The position numbers and the translations under genes were made by a program. A stretch of DNA of 63,995 bases, the filler included, from Basidiobolus ranarum (lineage: Eukaryota): assembly GCA_040143965.1 (NCBI GenBank). It is 3 parts of 3 records of this genome, joined end to end, with 100 filler letters (N's around TTAATTAATTAA, not from the genome) between each part and the next. Parts side by side here need not be neighbours in the genome. Positions count along the whole stretch, not along the records: positions 1 to 22,446 come from JASJQH010000186.1; positions 22,547 to 44,941 come from JASJQH010000187.1; 1 more part is not named here. One strand, given 5' to 3'. Position 1 is the stretch's first letter, and each line of letters starts with the position of its first letter. Below the pieces are notes generated by a model. It was given only the letters and a program-made list of their open reading frames with translations, was not told the DNA's origin and searched no databases. Of this stretch, positions 13,601 to 24,584 are shown in pieces.

Positions 13601-15128
13601 CAAGGATGACGGGCTGACTAAAGTCAATGTTATCCGCCAACGTCATGGAACTTCCAATGTCATAGTTTCTGGATGGTTTAAACGTGCAGGCTCTTTGGAG
13701 TGTAATAATATATGCCTCTGGGATACAAAGGATAAGCAGTGGGTATCCCTTTCTTCTGGAGTTGAAGGAGAAGTGACCGACATGATTGTTACCAATAGCG
13801 ACATCATTGCTGTAGGTAACTTCGTATTATCGTCAGGTCAAGGTTATTTGGCGAATTATGATTTTGATAAATCTGCATGGAAGCGTATCGAACCCAAGGG
13901 TGATGAAGATACTCTACCTGGTGCTGCACTATCTATTATTCATGATTCAGGCAATAACATATACTATGTCGCTGGACAAAACGATAAAGAAGAATGCTAC
14001 ATGAGAAAATGGGACGGAACTAGATTTACCCCATTGCCTGTCAGTCCTCTTCCTAGCAGCAAAATCTCTCGGATGAGTATCGTTCCAACCAAGTCTGTCT
14101 CAAATGCCAACAATCAAGTTGTTGTCAAAATTGCCGGCGAATCTGAACCCAGCGCCGGATCCGCGTTAATGGTCGTTGGATCACTTGTCTTTGAAAAGTT
14201 TGGAAATGTAAGCGCTGCGCTTTTCAATGGTGAAGAATGGATACCAGTTCTTGTTTCCTCTCAACGCGATGGATCACCTGGTATAATTAAGTCGGCTTTT
14301 ACCAGAAGTATCATCACATTTACAACCAAGGACCATCTTCCGTTACCATTGGTTATTTTAGTTTCTGTCGCTTCCTCCCTCGGTCTTGTCTTCTTCATTA
14401 TGTTGATTGGTTTAGGTTTAATTTATTTGAAGAAAAAAAGAAGAGCCGCTAAATACCCTCATCCCAATGCCTTGTATGCTAAGAAACCTTATATGAGAGA
14501 AAGCGCAGCAATTACTAGTGTGGCCTCTGCGGATAGTCGGGCAATATCAGACTACTCTGATCAGTATAGATCCCAAGCCCCTGGAACCAGCACATCTGCC
14601 ATGGAAAAGAGTATGAATGAGTCATCGATTGCACGTACTGGAGCTCTAGCTACCGCTGGTCTAGGAGCAGGAATCTCAGCAGCCCAAGGCGGTAGACCAC
14701 ACTCTGGTGTGTCTGAAAAGCATGCCTCTGCTTCGCCGACACTAGATGCCTCTATAATGTCTTCTCCAGAACGCTACACGATGCTGTCAGAAGGCAAGAT
14801 AGCGGATGGAATGGATACTGGAGCAGTTATTACTCCAGACCGGTACCAAGTGTACTATGCCAAGTTCCCCTTCAACGCTCGAGAACATGGAGAACTAGGG
14901 TTCCAAGCCGGTGACAAAATTTATGTTATCGACAATACAGATGATATATGGTGGATGGGCATTATCGATCATGGTATGTATATTCTTCGGCATTGATATC
15001 TTAACCATTACTAACTTCCTTTACAAATAACAGGCGATGGAGGCCAACTATCGCAAGGTGTATTCCCTGCCAGCTATGTGGTGGATAGACCATCTTCAAC
15101 ATCTACCACCTGGAACACAATGGCATGA
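10602..15128 (+). CDS. RAX2: Rax2-family polarity landmark protein (signal peptide, beta-propeller ectodomain, TM, C-terminal SH3); 4 introns
   Basis: Signal peptide; repeated GG-x-F beta-strand motifs; AGSLECNNICLWD Rax2 motif; TM LPLVILVSVASSLGLVFFIMLIGLGLIYL-KKKRR; SH3 YYAKFPFNAREHGELGFQAGDKIYVI..WWMG..GVFPASYV. Confidence 0.85.
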
Positions 15129-15786
15129 TTTCGAAAACCATATCTCAATAGAGAGGAGACTATAAACCAACATATGGATATCTGACTTGTTAATCTGGTC
15201 GCTTTTGGTTTTTGTATTAATATGGCCGGTTTACGTCAACCAGAATTCGTCTATACACCCTCTACCATTCTCTACACAATCCTCGCATTCATTTCGTAGG
15301 TTTCCTTGATACTAGTCGCACTTTGTTTATTCTGAAATTATCATAAATCTATCATGCTCTGTATACCAGCCTTCTCCTTGGCTGAATCGTCTAGAAGTGA
15401 GGTGATATTTGCGATGATTTCTTATAAGATTATGCTGGATCGATGACTCGCCTATTTCCTTCTTTTTCCACACTATTTAGACTATTTTTGTTTGGTAGCC
15501 AACATTTTATCGTGATTGTTTACCCCACCCATACTCATCTTTGTGCTACCAACGAACTATTTGCATTTTGTAAGACGAAGTCATTTTGCTCTTTTATTTG
15601 ATGCTTTTATTTGATGTATACCCTATTCTAATTTCCTAGAAGTTAAAATTGACTCGATATCACTGACTGATTTCGTAGCCGTTCGTGCCTGTTCTGCTAG
15701 TGTTAGTGATTTCCCTTGTATCCAAAGCCTTGTTATAAAAGCAATTTTGAAATAAACAAGGGATAACCTTATTGATTAAAAGCAGA

Positions 15787-15832
15787 GATTAAGTTGATTA
15801 AATCATCCACTCTAGGGATTAAGTTGATTAAA
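15787..15832 (+). promoter_or_regulatory. Direct repeat GATTAAGTTGATTAAA (two copies, 30-bp period) upstream of RPS15
   Basis: Exact 16-mer at 15787-15802 and 15817-15832, about 220 bp before the RPS15 ATG; regulatory role is inference. Confidence 0.35.
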
Positions 15833-16054
15833 GGCATCTAGATTTTTTCATCGAGGAAAGCCGAATTCAGTTGTTGGTTGGTATGTAGAAATATCATGTT
15901 ACATAGTGGAATAAAAAATTGATTCTTGGGATCTGATTGGATGAATGGGGAAATTTTTTGCTGCACTTTCAATGTTGAGATGGTGGAGAATAAAGCAAGA
16001 ATTCTTGGGTAATTTTCGAATCCTCTTGGACTTTGTTTCCGTATATACGTAAAA

Positions 16055-16590
16055 ATGGTAAGTAAATGCAAAGAAGCATCTGATTCATGTTATAAATGCA
16101 TCCATCAACTCCATGCTTAGAATGTAAACTGACTCTCTCCCCTCTATCCTAGGCCGATACCACTGAGATCAAGAAGAAGAGAACTTTCCGTAAGTACTCT
16201 TACCGCGGTGTTGACCTTGATCAACTCTTGGACTTATCTAGCGAGCAGTTCATGGAGCTTGTTCACTGCCGTGCCCGTAGAAAGTTCAACCGTGGTCTTA
16301 AGCGCAAGCCTATGGGTCTCATCAAGAAGTTGAGAAAGGCCAAGACTGAAGCTCCTGCTAACGAGAAGCCTGAGGTTGTCAAGACCCATCTTCGTAACAT
16401 GATCATTGTTCCCGAAATGATCGGTTCCGTCGTTGGTGTTTACAACGGAAAGACCTTCAACCAGGTTGAAATCAAGCCTGAAATGATCGGTCACTATCTC
16501 GGTGAATTCTCCATCACCTACAAGCCCGTCAAGCACGGTCGTCCCGGTATTGGTGCTACCAACTCTTCCCGTTTCGTTCCCCTCAAGTAA
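16055..16590 (+). CDS. RPS15: 40S ribosomal protein uS19 (S15); ATG-only first exon, intron 16058-16152
   Basis: [87 protein letters not shown]; strongly biased codons. Confidence 0.98.
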
Positions 16591-17085
16591 AGAATTCTTT
16601 ACGAACAATCCCATTTTTCACTACTCTTTCACTCTTCTTGGGTGGTCAGTTTCCTATATACGTGATATTAAAATTGGTCATTTTACGAACATCTGAGTAA
16701 ATGCTACTATATAAATGAAGTGAAATATTATTATCTGGAATGTTAGTTTCTTCCCTTGAGATCGTGAACATTTGTTATGTGTGCAGCAAAGTGAATTACT
16801 GCTTAATTTTTGGCAGCGTTGATTATGCTTCGGTTGTTGTACCTCTGATTGTGACTGGTGCGGGTTAAATAAAATTTTGATCCAACAATCTATTCTGGAA
16901 TACTTTACCATCTACAGTCTAATCCAATTGACCCTGGAATCCGAAATTGAATTGAATTGCATCGTAAAAATTTTACCTATCTCCACTCAAAATTATTCGA
17001 GTCTCCAGTATTACTTCAACGTCGAGTAATTTTGGTCATTTCTATCACCAAACGGAACTCTTCTTAGGTCTGGTAAATATTGAAC

Positions 17086-17859
17086 ATGAAGAAACTTCCT
17101 AACACTCAAAGAATCGTGAACAGACTTAAATTTGGTGTAGGTGCCACCAAACTTAACCCTGATATTAGAAAATTAACTTTCGAATATCGTACTAGAGATC
17201 CCTCTCCCACTGTTAGGTATTTATTTTATACATTTATCCCCTTTTCAAAAGAGGAAGTTTAATATTAAACTCGTGAACTGTACAATGTTGTATTTTCTGT
17301 TTACTAACTTCGTCTTGTTAGATTCATTGAGAAGACTCTTCCTCGTCTGCAATTCCATAACCCTGGTGTTTCTTTCGAAATTCTTAGACATACACCAGTC
17401 AAGTTCAAGCCTATCAGAGAGAGAAAACCAAGAGAAGGTCAAGCTGCTCCTCAGGAAGCTGAAAAGGTTGAAGAAGGGGCTACTGAGGTGGTCGAGGAAG
17501 TTAAACCAGTAGAGAACACTGTAGAGGAAGTAGCCGAGCAAGCTGTTGAGGAGTCCGTGGAGGCTGAGACATCTGCCCCTACACCTGTCACAAACGAAAA
17601 ACCTGTAGAAAAGAAAATTAGACCTACACTTAAAATTGAATTCGGTAAGAGAATTTCTGGAATTATATTTTAACACTAGTTAACCAACACTCATTCTATA
17701 TCTAACTCTATAGCCAATGCCAAAACCACCACTTGGAAATTAAAGAATATTCACAGTAAATCGATTATCGAAAAGCTTGTCAATGTTTCCTCTGAAAACC
17801 CCAACCCTAAGCCAGAGAATCTTTATTTAAAGGTTAAGAAGCCAGAAGTTGAGCTCTAG
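17086..17859 (+). CDS. Mitochondrial ribosomal protein Mrp49/mL61-like (L51/S25/CI-B8 domain); 2 introns
   Basis: RLKFGVGATKL..IRKLTFEY..RFIEKTLPRLQFHNPGVSFEI motif; long E/K/V-rich insertion before the last exon. Confidence 0.7.
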
Positions 17860-18486
17860 AGCAAATAGCATTCAAATAATATCTCATTCTTTTCTCATGC
17901 ATATGTTCCCAATCTTCTCTTTCATTTCTTCTGCTCTTCACTCGATCATTCAAGATTTATTCTATGGACATGTGTCAGCAATACAATACATTCCAAATTC
18001 AATTCAATAAAACATCTAAATCTTGCTTCTATGAAATTTCACTCAAGTGGGGAAAATACAGATACACAGGCTTCTTGTCATATTCAATGAAATCTGTGGG
18101 GTAGAGTTGAAAAAAATCATCGACTTATCCCGGGTCGTAGACATTTTTCATATCCTAATGTTCTAGGATAATACTGAAAATAATTCACCGAAGGGGAGGG
18201 GTTCGAACGATTACAAAAGAATCTAATGCAACTGCACCGACTCTTTCTCTTTCGTATTCGAGTTTCTTGTCCTCACGAATAGGTAAGATCCCTTTTGAGA
18301 TCCCTTTTGATAATGATATTAGCATTGGTGTATGGATGAGATTGTTGGATGAATTTTCATAAGCAAGTTCAATGGATGAATAGAGTTGAACTAATGGAAT
18401 AGTGTCTGAAATTTCTTACTTTGTACAAATGCTACTCGCTTACCTTGTCACGTATCTAATTGAATTTCGTTATTATAGCTTTAAAC

Positions 18487-18816
18487 ATGCGTTATATTGC
18501 TGCTTACCTTCTCCTCACCCTCGGTGGTAACGAATCCCCTGCTGCTTCTGATGTTGAGAAGCTCCTTTCATCTGTTGGTATTGAGGCCGATTCCGAACGT
18601 CTTTCCAAGTTGATCTCTGAATTGGAAGGTAAGAACGTTGAAGAACTCATTGCCCAAGGTAAGGAGAAGCTTGCTTCCGTTCCTTCCGGTGGTGCCGCTG
18701 CCTCTTCAGGCGCTGCTGCTGCTGGTGCCGCCGCCTCCGATGCTCCTGCCGCTGAGGAGAAGGAAGAGGCCAAGGAAGAGTCTGATGACGATATGGGTTT
18801 CGGTCTTTTCGATTAA
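18487..18816 (+). CDS. RPP2: 60S acidic ribosomal protein P2
   Basis: [53 protein letters not shown]; probable 5'UTR intron about 18283-18478. Confidence 0.98.
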   Translation: MRYIAAYLLLTLGGNESPAASDVEKLLSSVGIEADSERLSKLISELEGKNVEELIAQGKEKLASVPSGGAAASSGAAAAGAAASDAPAAEEKEEAKEESDDDMGFGLFD

Positions 18817-19526
18817 ACGCATCTCCTTTCCCCTAAATCTACTTCACCTTATGTATTTTACGATATTGTAAAGGTTGGTTGCTTTAACTGTTCTCAAAAA
18901 TCATTTTCAAAATGAATTCCAAATGTAATAAATCTTTGAGCATCTTTTTGATTGGCAAATTCTTCGGTTTCTCTTTATTTTACTTCACCGCTGTTCGCTA
19001 TGAGTAGTCTCTTTAACATACATTAGCTATGAGAGTAGTAGAAGCATCAATTCATTCATGGAGTTGAAACGTACGTAACAATTTCAGTACTCACAATTTA
19101 GTAACATCTGGTATGGCAGAGAAAGGGAGAGGTGATTTCATCCATTTGAAGGTGCAACATGGCCGATAGTCGCATTCTAATTTATCGGTGATATGAATCA
19201 ATTGAATCGGCATCTGATGAACGCCAAAGATTTCTCCAAAATTTCAATAAAATCAATCGTCATCATTCGTGGCTTTGGTTGGTATACTAGTGAGCCATTT
19301 CATATGTGAGTAGACTCACCGAAGTTGCCTAAAAATAGGAATCGGCTCAATAATTTTCATCGCTTAAACATGGGTAAGCTGACATCAACGTGACCTGATA
19401 GGTATGTATGTAATTCATTCGGTCGACCAATGCCGAATAGGTTTTCTTCTACCGGTTCTTTCCCAGTTCAATTCCGTGTTCAGAGGGGATACTACCAAGT
19501 GACGAAAAACTTCCAATAAAGCTAAG

Positions 19527-21810
19527 ATGAGCGAGTCTGACGCTGATGATGCGGCCAACAAGTTTGATAGATTATTTAAAAAATGGTCCAAGGACTTCAA
19601 CTGGTTAGGTCGTAGCGATAACCCACAGGGGGGTGCACTGTTATGTACCCTTTGTATACAAGGTAATAAACGAAATAAGTTCACCAAAGGGTGTACTCGT
19701 TTAAAGAGAAGTGCCATACAAGAACATGCGATAAGTAACGACCACAAGGCAGCAATTGACCACTTTCATAGTGGTGCAGGTGGTTCAACTCTACCTTCCA
19801 ACAGTACCAACTTTTCTACCGCAATTTCACCCACCACACCTTTTCACAGCGAAATTCAAAACAACTTGACTCCCTCAATGCCTGAAGATAGATATATTCA
19901 AACTCCTATATCGAAACGGTATGTTATTTTACGCGGAAAACTTTCTTGGGAAAGACTTAGAGAACTCTTTTTTCTTATTAAGTATCATTTGAAATTCTAG
20001 TTCTTTTGACCAAGCCTTCGTTTCAAGCATATCAAGTGTACGGCACATCCCTTCGAACTTGCATAGTCTTCAACTCTCCCCTGGTCTAGTATCTCCAGAA
20101 ACACGTAAAGTTGAGACACCAAAGAAAGCCATTCACTGGGTGGAATATGCACTTCGCTCGGTTTACCACTTGGTCAAGAACGACCACTCCTTATTAGAAT
20201 TCAACAACATTGGAGAGTTCATAAGTTTTCATTTTAACCTGTTTAACAATAGTCGAATAGATAATACCGAGGAACAAATGAATAACTCCAAGAGGTATTT
20301 GCGCATTTTATCGCAGGTCATTGAAGAGGAAATCATCACGAAATTACGAAATAGTGGGACTTTCTCTATTCTCCTGGATCAACCAAGTGATTTTGAGAAT
20401 TATTTCTTCCTCTATGTTAAATATGTTATCAACGGATCAGCTGAAACCAGATTTTTGGATATTATCGAGGTGACGAGTTTGGATGAGAACACTATATCAG
20501 AGGCCATATTGTTCTACCTGAGAGAAAAGAATATTCAAGTCGAGAATCTAGTTGGATTGGCAAGCAATGGATCCCATTTCGTTATGAAGGAGTCGGGGGT
20601 GGCCCAGATCTTGAAAAGACAATCACCGTTCATGTTGTCGGTGCATTCCGTTATCCACGGTTTATCTTTGATTGCCCAAGACGCTGCCGAAGCCGCACCC
20701 CAGGTGAAGCAGTTCGAGTCGGATATGAAAGCACTCTTCAGTTACTTGGCTAGATTTCCAATGCGTATGAGTGAGTTGAAGCTATCCCAAACCCAAGGAG
20801 TGGAGAGTGAGATCGATGTGTTGGAGATATCCAGTCCATATTGGCTACTCTCCTCCAATGCAATAGAGAATGTGGCTAGGTCGTTGAGCTCGGTGGTGAA
20901 CTTTTTGGAAGAGAATGCTAAAGGCGATCGTCAGGCTAGTCACCTTCTAGATATCATCTCTGGTTTACCGTTTCAGTACACGCTGTTCTTTTTGGTGGAT
21001 ATACTGTCATGCATTAAAGTATTGAACAAAGTCTTTTTGAGTAAATCGGTTTCTTCCACGGAGATCCGACAACAGGTACAGTCTACGATATACATGATAC
21101 GATCTATCTACCTGGGGAACTCAGTGGGTGGTGTGTTTCTACCTGAATTCTTGGGCTCGATCGAAGGTGGTGGATCAGAGGAGTTGGTCCTTATGGAGGA
21201 GATGGCCAAGCTCTATGCATCGGCATTGGTGAAAAACCTAGAAGATAGATTTCCGGACACGGAGATTTGGTCAGCATTCTCCATTTTAGACCCGCGAGCG
21301 TATCCGGCCAACATCAATAATTTAGAGAATTTTGGGAATAATGAGTGCACCATATTGCTGCAATATTTTGGAAAAGATCGATTGGATGCCAACGGACAAA
21401 GTCATCAGAATGTCGTAGATCCTTTCGAATTCAAACGGGAGTTTTTGATCTTTCGTACACATATTGCATGCTCTTACTCGAACACCACATTTGATGCTAT
21501 GTGCAAGAATGTGCTCACCGAGAATAGCTTTCGATTGAGATATCCAGAAACAGTGAAGTTAATGGAGATATTATTGACATTACCCACTTCAATGATGGAA
21601 TGTGAAGTTGGCTTTGTTTATCACAATCGTATAAAAAAATCCAAGCAAAAGCTAGCCCTGAGAGGTGGCAAAATCGATGTTAAACTTATTGCTATGCAAA
21701 TGCTGGTCTATCTAGAAGGTCCCACGATAGAACACTTCGACTTTGCCAAGGCTCAATCTCTCTGGTCACAAGAGCCCGCCGACATCACTCACGAATTTAC
21801 GAATTGTTGA
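19527..21810 (+). CDS. hAT-transposase-derived protein (TTF-type Zn finger plus degenerate DDE domain; ZNF862-like), intron 19919-20000
   Basis: W..F.WL..CTLC..HAISNDH Zn finger; FSILLDQPSD, GLASNG, VHSVIHGLSL, PYWL, NLEDRFP, LPTSMMECEVGF hAT blocks; splicing gives an uninterrupted ORF of about 733 aa. Confidence 0.8.
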
Positions 21811-22446
21811 CTATTTATGGCTTCGTGAATTCATAATCTCCCAACCGATGTATATTTCCACCCTTTCCATTTAATAATAAATAAAATTCATTGAATTGAG
21901 CGTCGATTTTTGTGTAAGTGAATGATATGCTCAATAGTTCACAAAGTATACTTTAAAGTAAGAGTTTATGAAAATAACTTGGAAAGAATATACGCTGTAT
22001 TCCTATAACCCACGCTTTTTGGTGATGAAACGTGAGCCTCAAACTAACAGCTATTTACCATCTGACAAGTCTGTCAAAAGACGATTTTGCGAATGACCCA
22101 AGGCCACGACCAGTAGCGAAAATATCTGGTACACAGCACAAGAGAAACCTGCCTGTCCTTTAACTTAGACCAGGTTCAAGTACTTATAGCGAGAGTAGAC
22201 AGATCCGAAAGATGTAATAATATGGGATTGTTGAGGATTTGTATTGAGAAGGTTCGATTAAATATCAATGTTTAAAATAATAAGAATGGTTTTTTTGAAT
22301 GCAAAAGAAATTCGTACACATTACGCACACCATGTTTACCACTCTCGGTGAAATGTACAAGAATGTGCACAAAGAGTAGTTTTCATCGGACTACTTCGAT
22401 ATTGAGAAGAGAAGTTAGTACTATTGGATATACACTCTCAATAACT

Positions 22447-22546
22447 NNNNNNNNNNNNNNNNNNNNNNNNNNNNNNNNNNNNNNNNNNNNTTAATTAATT
22501 AANNNNNNNNNNNNNNNNNNNNNNNNNNNNNNNNNNNNNNNNNNNN
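22447..22546. other. Artificial contig linker (44 N + TTAATTAATTAA + 44 N)
   Basis: TTAATTAATTAA gives stops in all six frames and is flanked by symmetric N runs. Confidence 0.97.
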
Positions 22547-23720
22547 CCCCTCTTTTCATACTTACCCTTACCAAAACATCTATACCCTAACCCTCCGTTC
22601 TTTTTTAACCTGGAGTAAAACTTTGGTTTCAGCTGGTTTTCACTTGTTGGATAATTAAGCTTTATTCAACATCATAGTTAACTTTAGTTATGATAAATAT
22701 ATCAGAAACAGAAAGCAACATATCTATAGCCCCTATATTCTAAATATGAATATCTCTATATCTATATAGCAAGTATGTCATATTACTCCCACTTATCTAT
22801 TATATCTTATTACACAAACTCCTGAATATCTCAAACAATTGATTTACTTTTCTACTATATGAGTCACCATATACTACTAAGAATAAAGTAACTAAAACAC
22901 ACTATAATAAGTTGCTTCTAATACCCTAAGTCTACCCCCATTATGTCCAACAGCATTATTTTCTTCTCCTACAACAGTGTATCAAACTCCTTTTTCTTGT
23001 AGCAGATTTTTTGTTTTAATTTTCCAAACTTGATAATTGGTTCTATCCAATTTTTCAGAAGAAGGAAAAGTTCCTGAAGTTTGAGAAGTAGACATTACAA
23101 GAGTGCAAGCTTGGGGCTCATAGCCTGTTAGAGTGTTTGGGAGCCTGTAGGAGGTGGTTTAGAGAATTAGAGAAATTGGTGGCTTTCACTTATTGATTTT
23201 TTGGGTAGAAAGTTGACATTTATAGTTTTATCAAGATATAAGCAAACTAGTATGTATAATGTGCTAAGGAAGGTCCCAGAAAATTGTGTGCAAAGTTTGG
23301 GGCTTCTAGCACAGGTTTGAAAAATCTATAAATCTGATAACTTCTGAGTTTGTAAAAATATTCCAAGTAAATTCTAATTGAGAATCATGGGTAAGATCTT
23401 AGTGAGATATAAGATAACTAAATACTAAGCTATATATGACTATAAAGGTGTTTAGGCAATGCTAATTTCAACAGCCTCTAATACACAGACTCTACCCCCA
23501 TTATGTCAAGATCCTCCAACAGTCACAGGAGCATGTATGCCAAGTCTGGGGCTTCTAGCACAAGTTTGAAAATTCTATGCATCTGAGAACATTTTAGGTT
23601 GGTAAAATATTCTAAATTCCTCTGGAGAATAGTGAAAGATGTCTTAGTTCTAAAAAATGTGTAAGTAGACCTGCAGAAATTTTTGGCAGTAATTTCAAAT
23701 TCAGTCAGGATTATCTTCTG
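22547..23720. repeat. AT-rich, CpG-free modular repeat block (probable transposon-derived or satellite-like family)
   Basis: 22785-22953 matches 45042-45220; TCTACCCCCATTATGTCAAGATCCTCCAACAG recurs at 23491-23522; GCxAAGTyTGGGGCTTCTAGCACArGTTTGAAAA occurs near 23290 and 23539, with a shorter variant near 23104. Confidence 0.8.
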
Positions 23721-24584
23721 CAATGAGCAACATGCTCTCCTTGACAAACCATATTTTGAACTCTGAGGATTATTCTCTGAGGCTGTATCATAGCTACTTG
23801 GGAGAACTCAGGGATCAATATTGGCAAATTTACATGCCTTTCCTGAAAAGTATACCTCGTGGTGTTATTGCATGGTACAATGATTGGATAGGTCACTACT
23901 TTGATTTCTATTTCCTCCATTTCCTATAACCAATATTTATATCATCGCCATTGACTCTTTATGAGTACCCGCTCGTCCACAATAACACAGCCATCACCAT
24001 TCCCCCTTTACCAAGACAAAAGAACCAACTCTCAATTTACCATCCCTAACACTCCAATTCCTGATGCTTTCGAAGCTGCAGCTGAGTTGTATTCCATACA
24101 CATCCACTAAGTTACCACCACAATGACTGCCTGCCTCACTGCCAGTGTAGCTGACAATCTACCTCAGTTGTTGAGCATCAAATAGCTGACATATACGTCT
24201 CAGGATCCTGACATACAGATTGGCTCAAGCTTGTATGGAACATAGGGAAGAACCTCCTTGTTTCTTGAAATTTTTATCGATATTGTACGGGATAAACATG
24301 AGAGAATAAAGGAAGAGAAGTTCATATGGTGAGGACTCACGAATGAGAATATTGGTCAATATAGATATGGCAAACAAGATTGCGGACAAACGTTGTACAA
24401 GTAATAAAGTGGCGGAGGGAAGTAAAGGAAATCAATTATTATGAAGAATGGATATTGGAATGCAATAATAATAAAATATGAATGGAACAATGGATTGTTT
24501 TGAAATGTAAGAGAAAATCATAGCTTGATCATTATTATTATTACTATTATGAACTATAGAAAACTGTGCTGCCCTCCAAACTGC

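Noticed and set aside
16234-16614. Antisense ORFs over RPS15 (and similar ones over RPP2, Rax2, Sog2, GT49)
   Set aside because: Shadows of codon-biased sense genes with no recognisable motifs
22491-22502. TTAATTAATTAA as a piggyBac target site or biological palindrome
   Set aside because: Sits symmetrically inside N runs twice; it is an artificial six-frame stop linker
22561-22595. CCCTAACCCT telomere-like sequence (also near 26897)
   Set aside because: Fewer than two full units and no tandem array
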